From positions 88,908,001 to 88,972,000 of the forward strand of contig OX597819.1 of NCBI GenBank assembly GCA_951406725.2: DNA of 64,000 bases, read 5' to 3'. A program made the translations under genes and the position numbers. Shown here in pieces: positions 51,980-64,000 of this stretch. Within the stretch, counting starts at the first letter, position 1. Each line of letters starts with the position of its first letter. Source of the DNA: Octopus vulgaris. Taxonomy: Eukaryota. Under the pieces are notes generated by a model. The model searched no databases and was not told the DNA's origin. It saw nothing but the letters and a program-made list of their open reading frames with translations.

Positions 51980-52115
51980 GCCATCTTTCAGCAAAAGAGG
52001 TATAGAAAGACCATTAAGTGGACGGATTAGCTACATCAAGGAATGGATAGATGTCAAAGAGAAAGATGAGAAAACTTGAGCTGGTTGCGGATCAAGAAAG
52101 ATAGAAGCTGAAGAT
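51980..52115 (+). mobile_element. Ancient RTE-like LINE 3' relic
   Basis: SKRGIERPLSGRISYIKEWID...LVADQER* resembles the RTE C-terminus GKRxRGRP...W.D.IKEW...A.DR..W. Confidence 0.35.
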
Positions 52116-52416
52116 TAGATCCCTTATTGTGAACCTAGAATGTCTCCTAAGTTATGAATTTTGACTGGTTAAATGATTAGTGTTAATTAAAGTTTAGAAC
52201 AATCAAATAATTATGGTTTCGTAGATCAAACAGATTTTATCTATGCAAGTAACTTGGTTCCATATCTGAGTAACAATGATTGTCATAGGATTTGATAACA
52301 ACTAAAAATGTTGAAAATTCTGGATCTAATGTCATACAACAGAAGATGGTGGAGCCTCCATATGTAGCAGTCAAATCTCCCTTGAATCACACCCTCTATC
52401 TTAAATAAAGAATACA

Positions 52417-52645
52417 TTAACCCTTTTGTTACCAACCCAGCTGAAACCAGCTCTGGCTCTGTAGTATAAATATCTTGTTTTCATCAGTTTTGAATGAAAA
52501 TCTTCCACCAAACCTTAGTCAAAATTTATGTTCCTAACACTGACTGAATGATAACTAAGTTATTTTACTAAATTCTTTGTTATATTTAAAGTAATTGAAA
52601 GAAAAACAGGGCATCTCAAAATAGATACAGTAATGAAAGGGTTAA
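52417..52645. mobile_element. piggyBac-type MITE, second family
   Basis: TTAA-CCCTTT...AAAGGG-TTAA; reverse-orientation copy at 58050-58277. Confidence 0.8.
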
Positions 52646-54167
52646 ATATTGTAACTGTCCTTGATACTCCAAAAAAGACAGCGGGGGATCATGGCTGGAA
52701 TACTTTTGATCATAGGTTTAGTTGTTCAGGTATGACCTGATCACACCAAATAAAACTCACACTGAATAAAAAAAAAAAAGAGAAGGAAGGGTGGTAACAA
52801 GGGAGGAAAAGACAGGGGAACAACACTGAAACAGAGAAATCAATGAGAATAATGGCAAATTTGAAAACAAAGAAGAGGTGGTGGGGTGAGAAATGAAAAC
52901 AAAAAACAAAAGATAAAGTGTTCTTACAGCTTGAAGTGGTTAGCTGTACTTACTCATGCAACCTATTTACAACTAGTTAAGCTGAATCATTCACAACCTA
53001 ATGATGGTCTGAGTATGATGCAAATGATAGGATACAAACTGTCAGCTCAGTTACTATCACAGACATCTGCTACCCTCATTACAATACAAACTAGCATCAA
53101 TCATATATAGACATTACTAAAGTAATTTAAAGTAATAATAATAATAATAATAATAATAATCAGCACCACCACCACCATCTCAACCAATTTCTGTATGTTT
53201 CCACTTTAAGAAGAGTTCTATATCTGTGTATACCATCATCAAAACGAAATAAAATAACACAACGCTAACAGAAAATTAGTTAGAACCAATTAGCATATAT
53301 CTTCATCAACATCTGTTTACTAACAGGTTTTTGTTTCTTTCATTTTCTTACATTATACACCAACATACATTCATTTAGTAACTGAAACATACCTGTTTTG
53401 AATTTTAATAAGCAAAGTATTTCTTTCCGAAGATCTATTTCAAGAAATCTCTTCTATTTACAGGCAGAAAGTAACAAAAATAAATGAGGAAATAGATAAA
53501 AATTCAAATTTTTTTTTTTTTTTTTTTTCACAGCCATATAATTAAAATATATCTTAAACTAATTAATTGTCTTGTGAAATACCTTCTTAATAAACTTAAA
53601 GACAGATATATTTCATAATTTTTTCTTCCCTTTTAATTTCTGTTCATTTTTGTTTTTTTCTATTTCATAAATGTTGAATCTAAATCTGGTAATCATTAGT
53701 AGCTAAAGTACAAGCTCAGTGCATGAGTGGTCGTGTGATTAAGAAGTTCACTTTACAACTAGATGGTTTCTGGTTCAATCCCACAACAGAGTATTTTAGA
53801 CCTATGCTTTTTCACTATATCCTGGAGTTCACTAAAATGTTGTGAGTCAACTTTGATAGATTTATAGGGGCCTGCAAAAAGAATCACTTTCCAGAGTTTT
53901 TATCTTCTTTTTTAAGGGGGTAGTTTAAATATATCACCTTGTTTGACATTATCACCAGACCCTTGGGTACCTTTAACAGAATCCATTCTGCTGTAAAACA
54001 CTTATACCAGGTTTGCCAGTATATAAGTTCCTCTTTTATTCCCACTAGTCTTAGAGGCCTTGCAAAAGGTCATGAGAGCATAGTCTTTCTTCCTTTGATT
54101 AATTCCTTACAAATAAATAAATAAATAAATAAATAGAATATAAAAATTTTACCTATATATCTAAGTT

Positions 54168-54538
54168 TTGGCTGTGTAGTAGGAAGTTTACTTTCCACCC
54201 ATATGGTCCTGGATTCAGTCCCACTGTGTGGCACCTTGGGTAAGTGCCTTCTACTACAGCTGCAAGCTGACCAAAAACCTTCTGAGTGGATTTGGTAGAT
54301 AGAAATTGAAAGAAGCCCATCATATATACACATATGTGTGCATGTGTGTGTGTCTTTGTGTTTGTCCTCCATCATTGCTGGACAACCAGACTTGGTTTGT
54401 TTACATCCTGTTAACATAGCAGTTTGGTAAAAAGAGACTGATAGAACAAACAATAGGCAAAAAAATTTGTTTGACTAAACCCTTTGAGGTAGTGCTCCAG
54501 CAAGGCCACAGTCCAATGACCGAAACAAGTAAAAGATA
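54168..54538 (+). mobile_element. SINE family A
   Basis: Full-length family A match. Confidence 0.85.
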
Positions 54539-54912
54539 ATGAAGTTAATCAGTTTAATGTTGCAACAGAATTTATTCGTGACTAAATCTGCAGTATTTGA
54601 ATGAAACAAAATCTGATTAACTAGTTTATTTCAGTCGTTAACATTAGGGCCTTTTGTTACCATATTTCTGTTGAAGTGGTTGATTTTGCTTCAATTAATT
54701 TTCAAAATAATGAAGAATTTAGTGGAATAATTTTGTTATTATTAAGTCAGTGTTTAAAGCAATAGTTAACATGAAATTTTGATGGAAAATTTTAATTTAG
54801 ACCACTTTAAACTTTTAGCATTTAGATTACTCTGTCGTATGTAATGTTTGTTTATTCCCAGTGTTTTGAATTAATCATGCATTAGTTCGTAGCTTGAAGA
54901 TTTTGCTGATGC

Positions 54913-55305
54913 ACTCTTTTACTCTTTTACTTGTTTCAGTCATGTGACTGCGGCCATTCTGGAGCACCACCTTTAATCGAGCAAATCGGCCCTAGGATTT
55001 ATTCTTTGTAAGCCTAGTACTTATTCTATTGGCTTCTTTTTCCAAACCGCTAAGTTACGGGGATATAAACACACCAGCATCAGTTGTCAAGCAATGTTGG
55101 GGGGGTCAAACACAGACACACACATATATATATATACATATATAATGATGGGCTTCTTTCAGTTTCCATCTCCCAAATCCACTCACAAGGCTTTGGTCGA
55201 CCCGAGGCTATAGTAGAAGACACTTGCCCAAGGTGCCACGCAGCTTGACTGAACCCGGAACCATGTAGTTGGTAAGCAAACTACTTACTACACAGCCACT
55301 CCTGT
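54913..55305 (-). mobile_element. SINE family A, well-conserved full-length copy inserted in a piggyBac-type MITE
   Basis: Reverse complement of 6951-7325 with an intact head (CACACAGCCACTCCTG). The flanking MITE sequence resumes on both sides. Confidence 0.9.
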
Positions 55306-56046
55306 GCTTATTTAATTTTAGAATGGCTTAGTAGGGCAGGTGTAAGAGGCTGGATTTAGCCAGTTTGAACATAAAACAGAATATTTGGGCCAGATATAGC
55401 TGGTTTAAATGCTGAAAATTAAAAACAAGGAGTCCATATCATTAAGCCAGGGGTGGTCATCAGCAGGCTGATGTCAATAGAGTTAAATAAATAGCAACTT
55501 GGTAGAGTCATTAGAGTATTGGATAAAATATCTAATGTTACATGTTCTGACCATCTATGCTCTGAGTTCAAATCCTGCTGAGGTCAACTTCATCTTTATT
55601 TTTTTACTTGTTTCAATCACTGAACTATAGCCATGCTAGAATATCATCTTGAAGGGCTTAGTCAAACAAACTGATCCCAGAACTTACTTTTTAAATTATT
55701 GGTACATATTCTATCAGTCTCTTTTGCCACACTGAACCTAGAGCAATGTAGCTGGAAAGCAAACTTCTTACCATACAGCCAATTTCATCTTAACATATGG
55801 GCACAATGAGCAGTTTCTAAAGCTGGATGCCCTTCCTATTGCCAACCACTCCACAAAGTGTACTGGGTGCTTTTTACATGACACCCTCAATAGTGCATTT
55901 TACATGGCACCAGCACCTACCAGCTCAGCTGATACTTATTTTACCAACCTCTAAAAGGACAAAAGACGAAGTTAACCTCAGCAAAATTTGAACTCAGAAT
56001 GTCAAGAGCCAGAAGAAACGTCACAAAGCACTGTGTCTGACCTTTG

Positions 56047-56087
<41 letters not shown>

Positions 56088-56808
56088 AAAAGAACCTAAG
56101 TGTATAATTGTGAAACACCTCATGCAATAATAAAAGCTGTTGGGGGTTTCAAGTCAGAGTTGAAATTAATAACAAATGGAAGTTAATTAAAAACCATAGA
56201 AATAATGAAATTTTACTCTTTGATTTGTCTTTTTCTTCAGTCACCCCACCACCACACTCATAACAGGAAAATGCCAAACTTTTCATTTCATTTCCTTGAG
56301 ACTGGAACTTATTTCAGAATTAGTAATGATATATTCTCAAGGCTTTAAGAAAACAAATGGTGAAACCTCTGCAAGGTTGGAGGCACTTCATGAATCTCAG
56401 TGGGAGAGTTTGCATTGAGAATGAAAATTAAAAATTTGAAACATAAAGAATACTTGTTTAGTAGCTTAAAGCATATTGAGCAAGAATAAAAGAATGAGAG
56501 ATAATTGCAAAAATATACAGAAGTTTGTAAGTTAATGACTGTACCAAACTGACATTATAATGTGTGTGAGTGTAACATATAATATTCCTTTTTATTACAG
56601 GCATGAGGTCTGAAATTTTGGAGGAGGAGGCTGGTTGATTACAGTGATTCCAGTGCTTTACTGGTACTTATTTTATTAACCTCAAAAGGATATAAGGCAA
56701 AGTCGATCCCAGTGGAATTTGAACTCAGAATGTTCAGATAGATGAAATGCCACAAAGCATTTTGTCCAGTGTGGTAATGTGGTAATATTACAAACACATA
56801 CAGGGTTG

Positions 56809-57213
56809 ATGAGCTGGCAGAAACATTAGCACCCCAGGTGAAATGCTTTGCGGTATTTCGTCTGCTGCTACGTTCTAAGTTCAAATTCTGCCGAGGTTGA
56901 CTTTGCCTTTCATTCTTTCGGGGTCGATAAATTAAGTGCCAGTTATGCAATGGGGTCGGTGTAATCGACTCAATCCCTTTGTCTGCCCTTGTTTGTCCCC
57001 TCGATGTTTAGCCCCGTGTGGGCAATAAAAAAAATAAGAAAAATTAGCATCCCAGGCAAAATGCTTCATCTGTCTCCACCTTCTGAGCTCAAATTCAACC
57101 TTCTATTCTTTTGGGGGTCAATAAAATAAAGTACCAGTTGAGCATTGGGGTCAATCTAATCGATTTATACCTCCCTTGGACTTGCTGGCCTTGTGCCTAA
57201 ATTTGAAACCAAT
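56809..57213 (+). mobile_element. SINE family B (monomer plus second partial unit)
   Basis: GAGCTGGCAGAAACATTAGCAC head and Deu/Nin-like domain; second unit starts near 57040. Confidence 0.8.
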
Positions 57214-58912
57214 ATTACAAACACATGTACGTACATAAACATGCATATAAAATACAAATATACATTCTGGTGTGTGCACCTACACACACACATTTACATA
57301 CATATTTATAGATAGGAAAATGAGGAAGAGAAGAGTAGGAGAGATAGACAATGTTATGATTAGACACTTTATAAGCCTTATCATCAGACACAAACAAACT
57401 CTCTGATAAGAGACCCTAGAAACCTATAATCATAAGATCAAACAACTTACAAACTTACGATTAATAACCCACAAACCCATAATCATAATCAATATCAGAT
57501 TCCACATAAAGTAAAGCACACCATGTATTATGACCGGACACCCCACAAGGGTGTAACGTGAGGGAGATTTAGCAGCTATTTCTTGCAAATTGAGTGATGA
57601 CATTGAAGCCTTTTCTTATAAATGATGTTTTTACCAGATGAGAATCAAAGGTAGCTGAATTGAGAGAATGGATATCAAAGAATAATCCATGGTAACATAT
57701 GCCACTCCCTGATACTGAATTGTAACTAGCTCAGATTGACTGATTAGATAAGTACCATAAGAAGATGGACCTTAATACTCATTTCAAATTTTGGTACAAG
57801 GCCAGCAATTTTAGGGGGAGCAGGCAAGTCGATTACATCAATCTCAGTGTTCAACTGGTACTTATTTTATTGACCCCAAAATGATGAAAAGTAAAGTCAA
57901 CTCTGGTAACATTTGAACTCAGAACATAAAGTTGGAAAAAATGTCATTCAGCATTTTTCCCAACACAATAATGATTCTGTCAACTCATTGCCTTCCAGAT
58001 GGGCCTTGATATTGAAGGCTGTCTGTACAATATATTAACCCATTAGTATTTAACCCTTTCATTACTGTATTTACTGTGAGATGCTCTGTGTTTGTTTCAA
58101 TTACTTTAAATATAACAGAGAATTTAGTAAAATAACTTAGTTATCATTAAGCTAGTGTTAGGAACATAAATTGTGACTAAGGTTTGGTGGAAGATTTTCA
58201 TTCAAAATTTATGAAAACAAGACATTTGTACTCAGAGCCAGAGCAAGTTTCAGCCAAGTTGGTAACGAAAGGGTTAAGATGGCTGTATCTAGCCCAAATA
58301 TTCTACCTGTCTTACGTCGAAGGTGAGCCAAGTGAAATTGTAGCCATGGTAAATACTGGTGTCATACAAATGGCACCCTTGCCACTGGCATGTAAAAGCA
58401 TCCATTACATTTTTGGAGTGGTTGGCGTTAGGAAAGGCATCCAGCAGTAGAAACCATGCGAAATCAGACTAGAGTCTGGTGCTATCCCTCAGCTTACCAG
58501 CCTTGGTCAAACCGACCAACCCACGCCAGCATGGACAAATGGATGCTAAATGATGATGATGATGATGGCTATGATGTGGCTAGATCCAGCCTCTCACACC
58601 TAGCCTGTGACATTAAGCTAAAAATAAACAATCACATCCTCAAACTCTCGAAGCTGCAAGATAAATCCATCATTAAATTTCTTTTAAATGTGAATAAATA
58701 AACATCACATTTGACTGAATAATCTTAATGCTAAAGAGTTAATAATGAAGATTACGTCTTGAGCTTGGAAATCGAATCCTACCATTTGCATTCTTCAGAA
58801 TAGGATAAACTCTTACAGAACAATTGTACAAGATACTTTATGTTTTGAGTAGAATTAAACTCCTATCACTTTTAAGGAACTCACCATGTTATTTTAGAGA
58901 AATAAAACCCTA

Positions 58913-59900
58913 TAAGAATGAAAAGCAAAGTCAACCTCAGTGGAATTTGAACTTGGGATGTGAAGAACCAAAAGAAATGCTGCTAAGCATTTTGACTGTC
59001 ATGCTAACAGTTTCAACCAATTCATTGCCTTAATGGTAATAACCCTTTCTACTATAAGTACAAGACCTGAAACTTTGGGGGGGTTGATAGTTAGTTACAT
59101 TAACCCCAGTGTTCAACTGGTACTATTTTATCAACCCTGAAAGGAAGAAAGGTCAAAGCCGCCCTTCATGGAACTTGAACTGAGAACATAGAGCCAGCAT
59201 TTTGCCCAGTGCGGTAATGATTTTGCCAGGTTGTTGCCTTAATAATAATAATAATGATATTGGCTTCAAATTTTGGCACAAGGTCCGTAATTTTGAGGGA
59301 GGGGCTAAGTCAGTTACATTAACTCAACTAGTACTTATTTTTTTGGCCCCTAAAAAGATGAAAGGTAAAGTTGACCTCAGTGGAATTTGAATTCAGAAAA
59401 TGAAGATGGATGAAAAGCTGCTAAACATTTTGCCCATCATACTAACAATTCTAGCAGCTCAATAATAATAATAATAATAATAATAATCCTTTCTACTGTA
59501 GGCACAAGGCCTGAAATTTGGAGGAGGGGGATAGTCATTTACAATGACCCCAGTGCTCAACTGGTACTTATTTTATCGACCCTGAAAGGCTGAAAAGCAA
59601 AGTTGACCTCAACGGAATTTGAACTTATAACGTAACAGCAGACGAAATACCGCTAAGCATTTCACAGCCTTCATAATAATAATAATAATAATCCTTTCTT
59701 CTATAGGCACAAGGCCTGACATTTTTGTGGGTTGGGTAAGTCAATTACATTGAACCCAGGATACTTAATTTATCAACCCTGAAAGGATGGATGGCAAAGT
59801 CAACCTCAGTGGAATTTGAACCCAGAACGTAAAGACAAACGAAATGCCACTAAATATTTTGCCCGGCGCGCTAATGATTCTGCAGGTTCGCCGCCTTCAT
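58913..59900 (-). mobile_element. Head-to-tail array of about five SINE family B copies separated by (AAT)n
   Basis: Repeating AATCCTTTCTACT..GGCACAAGGCCTGA...GAATTTGAAC units at ~59040, 59258, 59486 and 59691. Confidence 0.8.
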
Positions 59901-60640
59901 AATAATAATAATAATAATAATTTTTTGCCACAAGGGTGACAAATGATGGTGACATTATAATGAATAGAATCTTCATATTCACACACGCATATGAACATAC
60001 ACACAGACACACACACATGGACAAAACAGAAAAAGTAAACATGAAACTATTGTAGGAAAGTTCTATTCAGCATTCCTGGCGAGAGGAAAAAGGAAAAAAA
60101 AACAGCATCAGTTCCAAAGAAAGGACAGAAAACAAAAGAAGAAAAAGAAAGCGTGGTGTCAAAAACAGATACTTAAAATATATAAAAAAAATATATACCA
60201 AAATAAAACATGAACATGAAACAACAACAACAACAGCAACAACCATCAGCATCACGGCCCAATACAACAAAGTAAACCAAGCTAACAGGAAACAAAGAAT
60301 GGAGGAAAGAGCCAACTGATCTGGCGGCACATCAAAAGAGATCTTCACTGTGTTAAAATATTATTCTCCAAAGTGGCTGAGAGGAAGATGAAGACTGGAA
60401 TCCATTTACTTGGTTCTTTTTAAACAACGGACTTTCTCTCCCTCTCTCTCTCTCTCTCTTTGCGTGTGTGTGTGTGTGTGTGTGTGAGTGCAAATTCACA
60501 TGAGGTCAGAGATACCATTGCATGCAATATTCAAACACAGATAGGCACACACACAGATATGCATACGTTGCACATGTTTTTCATGCAAGTACACACACAC
60601 AAACACACATGTAAATATATATATATATAGACACACACAT

Positions 60641-60687
<47 letters not shown>

Positions 60688-60756
60688 CATGTGTATATGT
60701 ATATATATACACATATATATATATACACATATATACACACATATACATGCATATAT

Positions 60757-60803
<47 letters not shown>

Positions 60804-60846
60804 TACACACATATACATGTATATATATATATATATACACACATAT

Positions 60847-60901
<55 letters not shown>

Positions 60902-61508
60902 TTCAACAGATATAAACTTGCAGGATATACAAGCATTATACACCCAGATACCAATAAATACTATACTATGTATACAAAACACGATTGCAAAGAATAAACA
61001 AAATTCTACAAAACATTTTGTCACTCTAACATCCCCACTACACCCCCCTATACAAACACACACAACAAAGCAAAACTATTTCAAGTGACACAGAAACATG
61101 TGCCCACTCACATACTCTGTATGTCCCATTCTCTTCAATTCTTTTCCAGAATCCTGACACTCTTACTCGTCCTTCCCACCCTTGCACACAAGGGTGTTGT
61201 CATATAATTTTCATTCTTACTACCTTACTAATTTTAATTGTAGTACTACAATTTTCTTTGTTACCTAAGAAGAAAACAAAACAAATCTTTTATGTTTTTA
61301 CTTGTTTCAGTCATTGGACCATGGCCATGCTGGGGCACAGCCTAGAAGAGTTTTACCCACACAAATCAACCCCAGTCTTTATTGTATGTCAGGTACTTAT
61401 TTTATTGATTTCTTTTGCTGAACCGCTGCTACATTACACAGATATAAACAAAGCAACACTGGTTTGTCAAGTGGTGGATAGGGTGACAAACACACACACA
61501 GTCATATA

Positions 61509-62535
61509 TCTTTATATATATAAAACTGAGAATGTGTGTCTGTCTGTCTGTGTGTTTCCCTAAAACTTGAGAACTACACAACCAATTTCATTCAAATTTT
61601 ACATATGCCTTACTTAGAGTCCATGCAGTTTCATAGGCAAAAAAAAAGTGTTCAACTTCTTGCCTAGAGCGAGCGCATAGCAATATCATATCTTCACTAT
61701 TTCAGTATTACGTGTTAAAAGTGAAACAAAAATATTTCTCTATTTTATGTCAGATGCTTTCACTTTAACAATAAAAATAATAATAACAATTGAATTATGT
61801 AGTAAGTAATAATTAAAATCAAACTAAAGTATAATATAATCGTAACATAACAAAAGTAAAAATAGTAATTGGTATAAAATTGCATCAATGATTTGAACTT
61901 GAATAAGTGGTTTCACATGAATGGGAATAAATTAAAAATAAAATTAGCGTGCAGAAATGGAATAGTCCAGATGGATAATAAAAAATTAAATTAAAGAAAA
62001 GACTATTGTCTATAAAGTATACAATGTAGAGAAAAAAGATTTGAACACCTGGAGGAAAGCACCTTCGAAAAGTGTCTTGGTGCGACTATGAAAGATATCT
62101 AATCAGAGGCGGTAAATTCGCCACAATAGAAGCAAAGTTCAAGTCAACGGAGCGTGCAAGGGAGTACTCGACTCAAACTTGCAAAGTGGAAATATTTTAT
62201 TTTTACCTTTATATCTGGGACATAGGACGTCCTGGAAAAAGATTTTAAATGCCCCCCCTCCCCAGAAGTAGAGGTAGGCTGGATTGTAGCCACACTTCTA
62301 TACAAAAAAGGAGGACAAGATACAATTGATCGAAATTACAAGAGACGGGCTAACAATTCCAGTCTGTTATATATTTTGAGTATTGTTATCACTAGCGATA
62401 TCAAGATATAACTTTGTATTTTGCATTTTATGTGTAGATGTATATATATAGATGTACATGTAATATGTACACATATATATACACATATACATGCACTAGC
62501 ACTATGACCCGGCAACGATGGGTCTTTAATGCTAG
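61509..62535 (+). mobile_element. Non-autonomous Helitron
   Basis: A|TC-TTTATATATATAAAA 5' end followed by (TGTC)n. 3' hairpin GACCC...GGGTC (62506-62524), then terminal CTAG|T. No TSD. Confidence 0.7.
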
Positions 62536-62540
62536 TAGGA

Positions 62541-62748
62541 TATAAAAGGGTGCTGACAAGTTCCTGGTTTTAAGGGTATTGATTGTGAAAGACTTGGTTG
62601 GATGCCTAACCTTCTGAGTTCTTTTACAGGAATTAGAAAAACTGAAGGACCACTGCAATGTGTGAATCTGAAAGGTGAATATGTTGAATAAAATCATAAC
62701 TGATCCTCCTGTATTTTCTTTTAACCAAAGCCAGGATCTTTTCAGCAT
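62541..62748 (+). mobile_element. mariner-derived MITE
   Basis: TIRs GGGTGCTGACAAGTTCCTGG / CCAGGATCTTTTCAGCA; internal TGIRKL...CVNLKGEYVE*. Same family as 45365-45556. Confidence 0.75.
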
Positions 62749-64000
62749 CTGGCCTAGGGTCAAGAACAGAGGAGAAAAGTTGCAGATGGTCTATGTTCCC
62801 ATATGGATTGAATGGCTTAAGTACATTCTTGTTTAGCCATATGCCAGCCTTAACCCTTTGGCATGTAGATTACTCTGTCAAATGTAATGCTTGTTTATTC
62901 ACATTGATTTGAACTAGTTATGCATTACCATGTATTCTTTGAAATTCCAATGATGTGATGGCATAATTTTATAATATTGTAGGGTAAGTGTGAGAGGTTG
63001 GATGTGACTTGTTCAAAGAGAAAGGTTATTTTGGCTGGATATGACTGGTTTAAATACTAATGGGTTAACCAAATAGACCTATGAATAGAGGCATTCCAAC
63101 TATGACCACACATGTTTTTTCTCTGTGCAGAGAGCCCAGGACCACATTATCTAATGTAACCATATTTAAGATGGTAGGGCATGATTTATAGGCAATTTGG
63201 TTGTTATTTCTAGTAGAACAAGAACAACACTGTAGAGACTTCCTTCTTGTCTCAATGCACAAATGTTGTCTTGGTCACAAGATTATGGCCTGTAAACATA
63301 GATATATGCACATATAAGATGGGTTTATTTCACTTTCTGTCTGCCAAATCCACTCACAAGACTTTGGTCAGCCCAGGGCTATAAAAGAAAACATGTCCAT
63401 GGTGCCATGCAGTAAAACTGAACCTGAAACCATGTGGTTGGAAAGCAAATTTCTTAACCATACAGCCATGCTTGCATGGAGTATATAATAAAATAATAAA
63501 TTTGGAATTAAACACAAAAATAACTTAAAAATACATTTGCATATAATTAGCCTATTTATCACTACTTCTCACAGAACTTCTGTGACCTCACAGACCAGTA
63601 GGGTTCCAGGGAAGCCCATTTGGAGAAATGCTGGCATAGGGTATGTGATGTGTAGGCTGTGTGTTATCATAATGCAGGGTAGTAAATGTGTAGAATAAGT
63701 AGAGTTGTTGGTGATGTGAGGGATATGCTATGTATATACAGTATCAAGTGTCGATAAGATTGTGTTATTTTATTGGGTGTTGATTGTATAGGGAATGTGT
63801 TGTGTGGGTTATATCATATTATTATTGGGTGGTGGTTGTGATTCTTAAGTGCTGTGTGTTGGTAGAATCATTTACACCACCGGACAAAATGTTTTGTTCT
63901 AACTCTTAACAATCTAAGTTCAAATCCCATCAATATCAACTTTGCCTTCCATTTCTCAGGGAATAATAAATAAAGGCACCGATCAAGTATCATAAGTTGA

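Noticed and set aside
53870-54075. Possible mariner C-terminal relic on the minus strand
   Set aside because: Only a vague resemblance; no diagnostic motif is readable.
60060-60420. Poly-Q-like short ORF (MKQQQQQQQPSASRPNTTK*) or possible first exon
   Set aside because: Derived from a CAA repeat, about 20 codons long, with no independent support.

Overview
AT-rich, repeat-dense eukaryotic DNA, most likely intronic or intergenic octopus (coleoid cephalopod) sequence. This assignment is inferred from the SINE families and the extreme (TA)n/(CA)n/(GA)n microsatellite load. No intact protein-coding gene is evident. Nearly all ORF-track entries are translations of microsatellites or SINEs. Recognisable content: three families of tRNA-headed SINEs (labelled A, B, C here; labels are mine), RTE-clade LINE 3' fragments, Tc1/mariner transposase relics and mariner MITEs, TTAA-flanked piggyBac-type MITEs, a hAT MITE, a non-autonomous Helitron and several nested insertion stacks. 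A few short splice-site-bounded candidate exons lie on the minus strand (low confidence). The most interesting signal is a set of short elements, mostly embedded in or next to microsatellites and often with inverted partial duplications. They carry type I hammerhead-ribozyme motifs (stem I-CUGANGA-stem II-GAAA-short, often palindromic stem III-GUH), some with unusually enlarged stem II or variant cores. They look like non-autonomous Penelope-like or retrozyme-like elements from at least four sequence families. All structures were read by eye; no folding or database search was run.
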